From positions 1 to 64,000 of the forward strand of contig CAWGMQ010000010.1 in the NCBI GenBank assembly GCA_963823665.1: 64,000 nt of DNA. Direction: 5' to 3'. Positions 24,459 through 33,679 of this stretch are shown one piece after another. A program made the position numbers and the translations under genes. Position 1 is the stretch's first letter; each line of letters opens with the position of its first letter. The notes below the pieces were generated by a model. The model worked only from the letters and a program-made list of their open reading frames with translations, was not told the origin of the DNA and did no database searches. The DNA is from an uncultured Planctomycetota bacterium (GTDB lineage Bacteria > Planctomycetota > Planctomycetia > Isosphaerales > Isosphaeraceae).

Positions 24459-25928
24459 TCAATTCAGGCCAGTCGTCAAATCGATCAAGTCTTGTGGCAG
24501 GATGTCGTGGCGGGTAAGAATCGCTCTTTGCTCTGAGTGCAGCACAGGTGCGATTCCGACATACTGCGTGGTCCACCCTCGATATCTTGGCATCGTCCGC
24601 AGAAAACGCTCGACATGCTGCTTCAAGTTGCTCACGTCCGTCAGCAGCTTTTTGGGCGAGCGTTTGCAAGATCCGAAGCGGATGCATTTTTCGGATTCGT
24701 TGACGGCCACCAGGTCAATCTCGGTGTCAGACTTATCCCAGAATCCTTGAACCCGATGCGTGATCGGAAAATCCCCGATCCCCTTGCGGCTCCGCTCCTC
24801 GTAGAGCTGGCCGGCGAGTTTCTCGAGGGCGGCGCCCTCGACGTCAGCCAGGTGCCGATCGGCTTCGGCAATCAGTTCGGCCAGCGGGCGAAAGGCGATG
24901 GCGGAAACCGGGTTGGCCAGGGCCGCAAGCCACGAGCGAAGGAAATTATCCGTGACGTAATAGCGGCTGCGCTTCGCTTCCGGTCTGGCGAACACTGGTA
25001 GCTTTCGCTCGATCAGCCCGAACCGCTCGATGAGTACCTTCAAGTAGCCGCCAATTTGCGTATCAGGGCTGCCGCTAGCTTCTCGAACCGCCTGTACGAG
25101 CTCGTTGTGCACCCGCCCCGGGTGACGGGCCACGAATTTCAGGATTACGTCATACCGGCCGCGTAATTCGCGAAGGAACCAGTTTTCGGCCTCGGACCGA
25201 AGTGGCGATGAGCTTTCGAAGAAAATTCGCCGCAGCAGAGTCTTGCGCTCGGCGGCAAGCACGTGCTGCTCGTAGCAGTCCCTGTAAAACTTGGGTACTC
25301 CTTCGAAAAGGTTCCAGAGGAAAAGCAACCGCTCCGGGGCCGGTTCAGCATGATCTCGAAGGATGGAAAGAATCGAGCCGATGTCGAGGTGCGTGAGGTC
25401 AATTATGTCGGTCACTCGGTTGTAGAGCGGCGCGGTACGATCTTCGAGCAGGGCCATCATCTCGGTGTGGATCGAGCCCAGGACGATCAATCCTCCTCGT
25501 ACGCGACTCGCCTTGGCAGCCAGCCGATCGACAACCGCCTGCAAGTACGAGCAGAACTCTTCGTAACCCTTGCGGTTGAAGTACTGAAACTCGTCGAGGA
25601 TGAGGATATAACCTCCTTCAGCCATCGCCCCGAGCAATTTCGCGAGTTCTAGCAGGTTGGTCGGTCGATGATACTGCTCGGCAGGCACCGAGAATGTTTC
25701 GAGCGCATCGTTCACCGCCGAAAGCACACCTGCGGGCTCGGAGTCCGGTATCTGCACATAGAACACGGGTTGGTTGCTGCGGATCTCCTGCATCGACTTC
25801 AAAATCAGGGCTGTTTTGCCAATTCGTCGTCGGCCGGTGACTTTGGCGAAGAACCAGCGTTTGCGGTTGAGCATCCGCTCGAGATCCGCAAGCTGTTCCT
25901 TCCGACCGTAGAATTTCCAATCAGGCAT
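24459..25928 (-). CDS. Archaeal-type AAA ATPase with wHTH and DUF234-like C-terminal domain
   Basis: FYGRKEQL, Walker A GRRRIGKT, Walker B ILILDEFQ, DNFLRSW and FWDKSDTEIDLVAV...GSCK. Confidence 0.85.
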   Translation of the reverse strand: MPDWKFYGRKEQLADLERMLNRKRWFFAKVTGRRRIGKTALILKSMQEIRSNQPVFYVQIPDSEPAGVLSAVNDALETFSVPAEQYHRPTNLLELAKLLGAMAEGGYILILDEFQYFNRKGYEEFCSYLQAVVDRLAAKASRVRGGLIVLGSIHTEMMALLEDRTAPLYNRVTDIIDLTHLDIGSILSILRDHAEPAPERLLFLWNLFEGVPKFYRDCYEQHVLAAERKTLLRRIFFESSSPLRSEAENWFLRELRGRYDVILKFVARHPGRVHNELVQAVREASGSPDTQIGGYLKVLIERFGLIERKLPVFARPEAKRSRYYVTDNFLRSWLAALANPVSAIAFRPLAELIAEADRHLADVEGAALEKLAGQLYEERSRKGIGDFPITHRVQGFWDKSDTEIDLVAVNESEKCIRFGSCKRSPKKLLTDVSNLKQHVERFLRTMPRYRGWTTQYVGIAPVLHSEQRAILTRHDILPQDLIDLTTGLN

Positions 25929-25977
25929 GGCGTGCCATCGAGATAAAGCGGCTTTACCAAAAGGAGATAAAGCCAGT

Positions 25978-26181
25978 TTATCTTAACCAATTATGCCCTG
26001 CAAGTGTGCTGGCCTCCCGGGACAATTTCGAGAAGCGGATGCCCGCCTCTCGAAGGGCGCGCACGGGCTCTTTCGACACGACAAAAACGTGGTCCGGCAG
26101 AGCGACTCCCGGGGAATGCCTGACCAAGAGCGCCCAAGCCTTGGCGCTGTCGCATAGGGTAACTCGAATCACAATTCTCAT
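25978..26181 (-). CDS. Small hypothetical protein
   Basis: GGAG RBS; protein-like 67 aa; co-oriented with the ATPase. Confidence 0.5.
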   Translation of the reverse strand: MRIVIRVTLCDSAKAWALLVRHSPGVALPDHVFVVSKEPVRALREAGIRFSKLSREASTLAGHNWLR

Positions 26182-26248
26182 CGTGCGGTGTCTCCGGCGT
26201 ACTCAGCGATTGGTGCGGCGAGCAAACCCTGGAACAGCGCCTCGTCTT

Positions 26249-29200
26249 TCACGGTTGTTTCCCCGTCCCGGCCGCGGCCTTCCTCCCCATCTCCAGAAGC
26301 AGCTTCTTGAAGTCGTCCCGATCGCGAAGGGGGTCGAGGTCCGTATCCTCTACCATTAGGTCGGCGTCGTGCATTCCGGCCCTCACCGCCTGCTTCAGTA
26401 ACTCAATCGCCCGATCGGCGTACTCCTTCTTCTTGTCGGCGAACTTTGCGCTCGCGAGCGAATGGACGCACGCGAAGTCGTACCACTGCCACTGGTCCCA
26501 GCTTGATGCCTTGGTCAGTTCGGCGGCCTCGTCCACAGCTTTGGTTAACTTTCCGGCCCGAGCCAGCCAGATCACAGCGTTTGCGCGACGGATTCGCTGC
26601 TCCTCAGCGGTGATGGCCTCCTGTTGCCGCTTGCGTTCCGATTCGGTGTCGATGGCCTCGATGCACCAATTCAAGTACGTTCGTTCCGCGTTGTCGTGGC
26701 TCTGTTCCAGTGCGACCTGAAATTCCCGGCGGGCCTCGGCATACCGCTTTAGATTCCAGTAGCAGCGCGCGAGTGATAGCGGGGCTACCGCGGCGCCTTG
26801 ATCGCGGGCGCGGACGAGAAGATCGATCGCCCAAACATCCACACCGCGGAAAGCGTACCATTCTCCAAGCGTTGCCTGCGCAGCGGGCTCGCCGGGATTC
26901 CGTTGCAATTTGGCCTGGGCTGCTGTCACGAGTGGTTCGAGGGCGCGACGGGCTACGCCGCGGTTGAAGTACCACGCCTTCAGCGACTTGTCGTTTCCGA
27001 CCGAAAGTAGAGTTCGGCCGTCTGCGCCAATGGCTACGTTTTTCACGCCGCTTTGGTACGCGCTGACCGTGCGCAGCTCTTTTCCCGTGGCCAAGTCCCA
27101 GAACTTCAGCGTGTCGTCACCGCTTCCTGAGACCGCCGTCCTGCCGCTCGGGGCTATCGCAACGGCATACACCGGCTCGGAATGCCCGGTAAAAGTGCGC
27201 AGCACATTCCCGCTACCCAAGTTCCAGAGCTTCAACGATGTGTCCGCACTTCCCGAGAGCGCGGTTCGGCCGTCTGGGGCGATCGCAATGCTGGTCACCG
27301 ATCCGGTGTGCCCGTCAAAAGCGCGGAGCGTCTCCCCGGTCGCCAGATCCCACAACATCAGCGTGCAGTCACTAGACCCGGAAAGCGCGGTTTGCCCGTT
27401 CGGGCCAAATACTACGTTGTTTACCTCATCGTTGTGCCCGACAAGCGTGCGCAGTTCGTTGCCGTTGACTAGGTCCCAGAGCTTCAGCGTGGAGTCCGAG
27501 CTACCGGAAAGCCCGGTTCGGCCGTCCGGGGCGATGGCGACACCGTTTATCCGCCGGGCGTGCCCCGTGAATGTTCGCAGCTCTTCACCGCTCGTTAGGT
27601 CGCAGAGGCTGAGGCTGTCATCCCAGTTCGCTCCGAGCGCGGTGTGGCCGTCCGAGGCAACGGCAACGCTCGTCACGAATCCGGAGTCTCCACCGATTGT
27701 GCGGAGTTTCTTTCCTGTCACGAGATCCCAAAGCGTGTTCATTACCCGATTTGAGGAGAGCGCGGTCCGTCCATCCGGGGCGATAGCGACGCTGACCACC
27801 GAGGGGAATCCCCCGTTCAGTGAGCGTACTTCCTCCCCAGCGGACAAGTCCCAGAGTTTCATCGATCCGTCCCCGCTCCCCGAAAGCGCGACTCGCCCGT
27901 TGGGGGCGATGGACACACTACTCACCCGGCCAGCGTGCCCACTGAAGCTGCGAAGCTCTTCTCCGGTCCCCAGGTCCCAAAGCTTCAATGTCCAGTCAGT
28001 GCTCCCGGACAGCGCGGTGTGCCCGTCCGGGGCAATCGCGACGCAGGACACCGGTCCATAGTGCCCGCTCATTGAACGCAGTTCCTTCCCGCTGGCGAGG
28101 TCCCAGAGCCTCAACGTACCGTCGGAACTACCGGATAGTGCGGACCGGCCGTCCGGGCTTATCGCGATGCAGAGCACCGCGCCGAAATGGCCTACGAGCG
28201 TATGCAGCTCCTTTCCGCTGGCCAGGTCCCAGAGCTTGAGAGTTCTGTCTTCCATTCCGGACAGCGCGGTCCGGCCGTCCGGGGAAATCGCGGCGCAGAG
28301 CGCTTTGAAGTACCCCGGCCAAGGACCAACTAGTTCGCGCAGCTCACGGCCGCTCGACACCTCCCAGAGCTTCAGCGATTCACCCCCGGAAATCGCGGCG
28401 CGGCCGTCGCGTGCAACCGATGCCGTGCTCATCCATTGATCCATGGCGAAGGTGCGCTGTTGCCGCCCGGTCGCCAGGTCCCAAAGTCTCAATGTCTGGT
28501 CGGCGCCCGCTGAATATGCGGTCTGGCCGTCTGCGGATATCGCGATCATGACGATCGTGTCCGTGTGCCCGGTGAACGAACGAACCTCTGTCAAGGTGGC
28601 CAGGTTCCAGAGCTTCAACTTGCCGTCAGATCCGCCGGAGAGCGCGAGTTGTCCGTCTGCCGCAATGGCGACCGCTTCCACGGCCGGGTGGGCTGCGACA
28701 CTTAGCAACGGCGAGGCTGTCTGATGGTCGATACTCCAGAGGCCGATCTCAGGTGCTGTCACTGGCGCGTTTAGTTCGAGGAGCTTGTCGTAAGCCTGCG
28801 AATAGAGACGGTGCGCATCGGCCACGCGGCCGTCGAGCCTCATCGTATCTGCCTGCGAAATGAAGACCTCAGCGAGGTTAAGCTCAGCCTTCCTGGCGTT
28901 CTTATCCGATTTTCGCGCGTTTTCAAGAGCCAAATCCTTCTGCTCATTCGCGGTCTTCTTCTGCGCCAGTGCCTCGACGGTCGCCTTGTCCGCGATCTTC
29001 TTCTGTTCCAAAGCCTGGCTTTGAGCCTTTTCCGCGAGATCTCGCTCGGATTTCGCGCGCACAAACCCATACGAGGCGAGAGCAAGACCCGCCACCAGCG
29101 CCAGCAGCACGAGGCTCGCTGCAAGCACTGGCCCTTTATTCCGATGCAGGAATTTGCTGAGGCGATATCCAGCGCTGGGCGGCCGCGCTTCTACCGGCTC

Positions 29201-30379
29201 ATCGGCGAGGTACCGTTGAATGTCTCGAGCCAACCCGTTGACAGTCTCATAGCGTCGCTCGCGGCTCTTCTCCAGGCAGCGCATCACCAGCCAGTCGAGC
29301 TCGCCGCGCAAGAGAGCGATCAGCCTCTTCGGCTCCATATGGCGCAACGCCGCTAGCGACGGCAGCGACTCATCTGTGGAGAGCCGCGTCGAGGGCTTCG
29401 ACGGCTGCTCTTCCTGGATGATTCGGATCATTTCCGCGAGCGCGGCTCCCCTCAGTCGCTTCGCATCGATCGGACGAAGGCCCGTCAAGAGCTCATACAG
29501 GATCACCCCGAGCGAATAAATATCCGCCCGCGTGTCGACATCGACTCCCGAAAACCCCGCCTGCTCCGGCGACATGTACTCCAGCGTCCCGACCACCGCG
29601 CCAAACTGCGTCGACATCGATTCATCAGTCAGCTTGCCGCCCGTCGCCTTGGCCACGCCAAAGTCGATCACCTTGGGTACCGGCTTGCCGTCGATGATCG
29701 TGACCAGAATGTTGGCCGGTTTGAGATCGCGGTGAACGATGCCCTTCTGATGCGCATGCTGAACGGCCTGGCAGATTGGCACAAAGAGCTCTAGCCGCTC
29801 TTTCGGAGTCAGTTTGGCTTCATCGCAGAATCTCGTGAGGGGCAGGCCGTTGACAAGTTCCATCACGAAGAACGGTTGACCAGATGGCGTCAGCCCCCCG
29901 TCGAGCACGCGCGCGATGTTGGGGTGGTCCATCATCGCCAGGGCCTGGCGTTCTTGCTCGAACCGCGCAAGGACGGCTCTCGAATCCATGCCGGTCTTGA
30001 TGAGCTTGAGTGCAACCTTTCGCTTGACGGGCTCGCTCTGTTTGGCGACCCAGACCTCGCCCATACCGCCTTCGCCGAGCTTCTCGACGAGCTTGTATCG
30101 GCCGGCGATCAAGACGTCTGGTCCGGCTGTAGCCTCATATGCGTCCGTGCTGGAGACTACGGGCGAGGAAGACTCGGGTATTGGCGTGCCGGGGGGCTCC
30201 CCTCCATCGCCCAGCAGTTCATTCGCTCGTTCGTGAGCAACCAGCAGAGCTTCGACCCGCCGCCTCAGACCGGCATTCTCACCGCACGCGGCGTCCAGGT
30301 ATGCGGCGCAGGGCGCACCGGGTTCATGGTCGATGGCCGCGATGAAGATTGCCTTCACGTCGTTTGCGGGTTGGGCCAC
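26249..30379 (-). CDS. Ser/Thr protein kinase with WD40 repeats and TPR-like C-terminus
   Basis: LGEGGMG, HRDLKPAN, DFGVAK and SPEQ; a TM segment; many GH...V..VAIAPDG.TALSGS.D.TLKLWD repeats; ends DTDLDPLRDRDDFKKLL. Confidence 0.95.
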   Translation of the reverse strand: MAQPANDVKAIFIAAIDHEPGAPCAAYLDAACGENAGLRRRVEALLVAHERANELLGDGGEPPGTPIPESSSPVVSSTDAYEATAGPDVLIAGRYKLVEKLGEGGMGEVWVAKQSEPVKRKVALKLIKTGMDSRAVLARFEQERQALAMMDHPNIARVLDGGLTPSGQPFFVMELVNGLPLTRFCDEAKLTPKERLELFVPICQAVQHAHQKGIVHRDLKPANILVTIIDGKPVPKVIDFGVAKATGGKLTDESMSTQFGAVVGTLEYMSPEQAGFSGVDVDTRADIYSLGVILYELLTGLRPIDAKRLRGAALAEMIRIIQEEQPSKPSTRLSTDESLPSLAALRHMEPKRLIALLRGELDWLVMRCLEKSRERRYETVNGLARDIQRYLADEPVEARPPSAGYRLSKFLHRNKGPVLAASLVLLALVAGLALASYGFVRAKSERDLAEKAQSQALEQKKIADKATVEALAQKKTANEQKDLALENARKSDKNARKAELNLAEVFISQADTMRLDGRVADAHRLYSQAYDKLLELNAPVTAPEIGLWSIDHQTASPLLSVAAHPAVEAVAIAADGQLALSGGSDGKLKLWNLATLTEVRSFTGHTDTIVMIAISADGQTAYSAGADQTLRLWDLATGRQQRTFAMDQWMSTASVARDGRAAISGGESLKLWEVSSGRELRELVGPWPGYFKALCAAISPDGRTALSGMEDRTLKLWDLASGKELHTLVGHFGAVLCIAISPDGRSALSGSSDGTLRLWDLASGKELRSMSGHYGPVSCVAIAPDGHTALSGSTDWTLKLWDLGTGEELRSFSGHAGRVSSVSIAPNGRVALSGSGDGSMKLWDLSAGEEVRSLNGGFPSVVSVAIAPDGRTALSSNRVMNTLWDLVTGKKLRTIGGDSGFVTSVAVASDGHTALGANWDDSLSLCDLTSGEELRTFTGHARRINGVAIAPDGRTGLSGSSDSTLKLWDLVNGNELRTLVGHNDEVNNVVFGPNGQTALSGSSDCTLMLWDLATGETLRAFDGHTGSVTSIAIAPDGRTALSGSADTSLKLWNLGSGNVLRTFTGHSEPVYAVAIAPSGRTAVSGSGDDTLKFWDLATGKELRTVSAYQSGVKNVAIGADGRTLLSVGNDKSLKAWYFNRGVARRALEPLVTAAQAKLQRNPGEPAAQATLGEWYAFRGVDVWAIDLLVRARDQGAAVAPLSLARCYWNLKRYAEARREFQVALEQSHDNAERTYLNWCIEAIDTESERKRQQEAITAEEQRIRRANAVIWLARAGKLTKAVDEAAELTKASSWDQWQWYDFACVHSLASAKFADKKKEYADRAIELLKQAVRAGMHDADLMVEDTDLDPLRDRDDFKKLLLEMGRKAAAGTGKQP

Positions 30380-30606
30380 GATCCACCTCGATCCGATGGG
30401 TTCATTTCGATCTCTGTCTCTCAATGCTCCGTTTTTTTGGTGAGTGCGCCAGCAGGGTCAAGATTTTTTCCCGCCCGTGCACTCACCGCCGGATCGTGGT
30501 CGTCGAGGGTTTAGGTCAAGCGGTCGGTGAATAGAGGGATATCGTTCCGGCCGCTCTCCAAAGATGCTTCATTAATTCGCAAATCGCGTTCGGTGGCTCG
30601 CTTGCC

Positions 30607-31224
30607 TCAACCAAAAATCTGTAACTTCAGGGCGAGCGTATCGTAGAGGTCATCGAATGTGATGCAGTTGACTTGTCGGGAACCGACTCGCACCTCTTCA
30701 CTGCGCCAGACGAGGCGCTCGTACTGAGATTCATCGAGATCGTGGCGCCTGCCAATGACGAGCAAGCCCACATACTGGATCAGATCCAGCTCGAATTTGG
30801 ATTTGTGCAGCCCGGTTCTTTTCATATCTTCCAGTACGAGAAACCAATCGAGGATCTGACTGAATCCGTGATCGAACCGACTTGACCACTCGGGTGTGCT
30901 CTTGCCTTTCTTCTTCGTGAAGACGCTCGTCGGCGAAGCGTCCTCGAATTCGACAAAACAGAAGTTGTGGCTGACCGAATCGCCGACCACCAAGTCGCAG
31001 GCGTAGTCTCCGAAGAGGCTGAACTCGGTGGCGATGCGGTCGAAGCGATTAATCTTGGGGTTGTAAGCACCCACCATCGCTGCCAAGTGCTTGTGCGCTT
31101 TGAAGAATGGGAGGATGTCCTTGCGCTCGCTTAGCGCCGTCTTGCTGTCGAGGAGCGCTCTGAATACACTGAGCTCTTTCTTGCATTTGGAGAGGCTGAG
31201 GGTAATCTTCTCCAGCGTCTTCAT
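30607..31224 (-). CDS. Stand-alone Shedu (SduA/DUF4263-like) nuclease
   Basis: EFSLFGDYACDLVVGD...FVEFE...FDHGFSQILDW...LLVIGR...ITFDDL pattern typical of DUF4263. Confidence 0.8.
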   Translation of the reverse strand: MKTLEKITLSLSKCKKELSVFRALLDSKTALSERKDILPFFKAHKHLAAMVGAYNPKINRFDRIATEFSLFGDYACDLVVGDSVSHNFCFVEFEDASPTSVFTKKKGKSTPEWSSRFDHGFSQILDWFLVLEDMKRTGLHKSKFELDLIQYVGLLVIGRRHDLDESQYERLVWRSEEVRVGSRQVNCITFDDLYDTLALKLQIFG

Positions 31225-31628
31225 TTCTCGGCAAGATCAACAAGCTTCCTCGTCTTGGTCTTTGACGCTGCCGGTCGGCTGCTCTTTGCGCCCTTGTCGC
31301 GCTCGACCGCTTTTCCCGACTTCTTTTGTGCCAGGCGGTCCATGGTCGCTCGTTCCACCAAGTCCAGGATCTGGATGCTGTCGCCTGCCTTCGAGTAGAC
31401 GAGCCGGATCTGAGGCGTGACGGTCATGACGTAGAGTTTCTCGCCGCCAGGCGCGAGTTTCTCGACGCTGGTCAAATCATCCGCGTGATCAGTGAAGGCA
31501 CTCGGCGAAGAAAGCACTCGGCTCACGGCAGTCCGCTGGACGTACGGCAACACGCTCATGGCGATCCCGACCCGGCGATGGACTGTCAGTTCTTTTTTTC
31601 GCGGCATGATCATGGCCCTCCCTTTCAC
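31221..31628 (-). CDS. RelE/ParE-fold-like protein with basic C-terminal tail
   Basis: VEKL...LYVMTVTPQIRLVY...IQILDLV beta pattern; Lys-rich tail; ATGA overlap with the nuclease gene. Confidence 0.5.
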   Translation of the reverse strand: MKGRAMIMPRKKELTVHRRVGIAMSVLPYVQRTAVSRVLSSPSAFTDHADDLTSVEKLAPGGEKLYVMTVTPQIRLVYSKAGDSIQILDLVERATMDRLAQKKSGKAVERDKGAKSSRPAASKTKTRKLVDLAEK

Positions 31629-31686
31629 GCGGCAGTTGCTACCTTCAGACCGAACGGCCGCTTTCTGTTATTGTATACTGAATCGA

Positions 31687-31764
31687 TCACCGTAAGAATG
31701 GCTGGCTCCCGAGCGGCTCCATCTCATCAAAGTCGGCGAGGTAAATCTCACGGTGTTGGATCAC
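31687..31764 (-). pseudogene. Truncated MazF/PemK-like toxin stub
   Basis: Manual translation MIQHREIYLADFDEMEPLGSQPFLR*, starting at a GTGA overlap with the upstream gene's stop. Confidence 0.45.
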
Positions 31765-31976
31765 GCGCCCTCCATCAGGCGCGCCTTCGCGTTCTTTTTT
31801 GCTGCCCGCAGAAACGCGGCCTGCTCCCGGCGATCGTCGGCTTTCACGAGCAACCGTTCAAAGACCTCGGCACTGACGAGCGCGTAGGCTCTCTGTGTCT
31901 CCGGGTCCGTCAACCGAACGGTAGAATCGCCGGCTTGCTCGATGGCCTGTCTCAGCTCGGGGGTCAACGTGTCCAT
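31761..31976 (-). CDS. Small putative antitoxin
   Basis: LTPELRQAIEQAG..VRLTDPET...Y.LV.AEVFERL, 71 aa, coupled to the toxin-like stub; extended -10 TGCTACAAT at 32043-32051. Confidence 0.55.
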   Translation of the reverse strand: MDTLTPELRQAIEQAGDSTVRLTDPETQRAYALVSAEVFERLLVKADDRREQAAFLRAAKKNAKARLMEGA

Positions 31977-32179
31977 GCGGCCTTTTCACCCTGAGCAAAC
32001 TCACGGGATCCACCTGCCCGATATATGGGCACAACACGCGAGATTGTAGCAGATTCTTGCCCACTCCGATCGTAGCGATCTTCGATTGAGGAAACATCGC
32101 CTTCAGAGTCAGCGCGACCTTGCCAATTCGACCGTAGTTGGTGACGTCGGCAAGTCTGCGGCGTTTATTGCACAGAATC

Positions 32180-32201
32180 GTCAGGCTGAAGCCTGACCTA
32201 C
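32180..32201. repeat. GTAG-type REP palindrome
   Basis: GTCAGGCTGAAGCCTGAC hairpin followed by CTAC; its GTAG supplies the ECF stop codon. Confidence 0.75.
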
Positions 32202-32752
32202 GAGAGGGCGTCGCAGAGCCAGGCTCGGGCGTAGGCCCAGTAGCGGTCGGCTGTGCGACGGCCGATGCCCAGCACTTCGGCGGCCTGGGCGAGCGTCAGG
32301 CCGGCGAAGGCACGCAGGCGCACCAGCTCGGCGCCGGCGGGGTCTTCGCGGGCCAGGGCTTGAAGCGCCTCGTCGAGCGCCAGCAGGTCGTCATCAGGTG
32401 GGTTGTGCAGCAGGGTATCGAGATTGATCTGGACGCGGCGGTAGCGATCGCCGCCTCGCTTCTGCCGGCGGCGATCGCGAGCCCTGTCTACCAAGATCCG
32501 GCGCATGGCTTCAGCCGCGGCGGCGAAGAAATGGCCGCGGCCATCCCAGGGTTTTTTGGCGTCGTCACCGACCAGCCTGAGATACGCCTCGTGGACCAGG
32601 GCTGTCGCTTCGAGTGTCTGACCCGGACGCTCGTGAGCAAGTCTGTGCGCGGCGAGTTTTCGCAGCTCATCGTAGACCAGCGGCAGAAGCTGGCTGGCGG
32701 CGCCAGGATCACCCTGTTCGATCGCGGAAAGGACGCGGGTGACGTCGGACAT
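32198..32752 (-). CDS. ECF sigma factor, TIGR02999-type
   Basis: MSDVTRVLSAIEQGD, LLPLVYDELRKLA, TALVHEAYLRL, AMRRILVDRAR and WAYARAWL. Confidence 0.93.
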   Translation of the reverse strand: MSDVTRVLSAIEQGDPGAASQLLPLVYDELRKLAAHRLAHERPGQTLEATALVHEAYLRLVGDDAKKPWDGRGHFFAAAAEAMRRILVDRARDRRRQKRGGDRYRRVQINLDTLLHNPPDDDLLALDEALQALAREDPAGAELVRLRAFAGLTLAQAAEVLGIGRRTADRYWAYARAWLCDALS

Positions 32753-32916
32753 CGACCTGGCCTGCTGGAGCTTTACCACTTTGCCCTCTCGGTCTTCCAT
32801 GCCTTCACATCGTCGGGCTTGCCGGTTGCCTCCGCAAGCACCATCCGTGGTATGAGATCTCCTGGCGTCGACCCCTGTCAGGATACACCTGAACATCGCC
32901 AGGTTCCCCGAACTGC

Positions 32917-32944
32917 TTGACCCATGGCAAGATCATGGTACGAT
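32917..32944 (+). promoter_or_regulatory. Candidate sigma70 promoter of rplM-rpsI
   Basis: TTGACC-N16-TACGAT with a TG extension. Confidence 0.5.
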
Positions 32945-33019
32945 GGGATTTTCGTCGCAGCGGAAATGGACGGTTCGCGGCGGGTTCGTCAGGGTCAGTG
33001 AAACAGGTACAACGCATCC

Positions 33020-33592
33020 ATGAAGTGTTATCAGGCGAAGACGGGCGAGCTGCAGAAGCACTGGTACTTGATCGACGCCGACAATCAGGTCGTCGGCCGG
33101 CTGGCTGCGCAGATCGCGCCGATTTTGATGGGCAAGCACCGGCCCACGTACACGCCCCACATTGATACCGGTGATTATGTGATCGTCACCAACGTCGACA
33201 AGGTTGTCTTCACCGGCGACAAGTGGCATCAGAAGTTCTACCAGCGATACTCGGGTTATCCCGGGGGTCAGCGAGACGAGGCCGCCTGGAAGCTCTTCGA
33301 GCGGCAGCCCGAGCGAATCTTGCAGCTTGCCATCGAGCGGATGATGCCGAAGAACAAGATCGGCGTGCACATGATGGCCAAGCTGAAGCTGTACACCGGG
33401 CCCAATCATCCGCATCAGGCTCAGTGCCCGATTCCGCTGGAAGCGCTGTCGGGCCGCCCCACTCCCACCGGTGCTGTTTTTGTTGTGCCGCCAGGGAGCA
33501 TGAAGGCAAGCTCGGCGGCTGCCGCCCCCGCGCCGGCGCCGGAGGAAAGCGATAGCCCTGCGGATGAGCCGGCTGCAAGCCCGGCCGAGTGA
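33020..33592 (+). CDS. rplM: 50S ribosomal protein L13
   Basis: WYLIDA..QVVGRLA, GKHRPTYTPHIDTGD, SGYPGG and HPHQAQ. Confidence 0.98.
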   Translation: MKCYQAKTGELQKHWYLIDADNQVVGRLAAQIAPILMGKHRPTYTPHIDTGDYVIVTNVDKVVFTGDKWHQKFYQRYSGYPGGQRDEAAWKLFERQPERILQLAIERMMPKNKIGVHMMAKLKLYTGPNHPHQAQCPIPLEALSGRPTPTGAVFVVPPGSMKASSAAAAPAPAPEESDSPADEPAASPAE

Positions 33593-33679
33593 GTGACAAA
33601 CGATACAAACGGATTCCTGGCTTTTTGACCCGCCCTGACTGAATGGGCGAGCATTCACGATCGAGGGAAAGAACGACAC

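Larger units (their letters stand above)
30505..32208. mobile_element. Putative REP-bounded inserted cassette (no transposase)
   Basis: GAGGG at 30505-30509 and 32204-32208; inverted TAGGTCA(A/G)GC ends; removing it restores an in-frame ECF tail. Confidence 0.5.

Noticed and set aside
30607..31628. Single frameshifted Shedu gene with fused N-terminal domain
   Set aside because: The clean ATGA overlap and a natural-looking Met start favour two genes, though given the indel rate a fusion is not fully excluded.
32048..32063. Sigma-54-like GG-N10-GC upstream of the antitoxin-like gene
   Set aside because: Poor -24 match (TGGGCA); better explained by the overlapping extended -10 TGCTACAAT.
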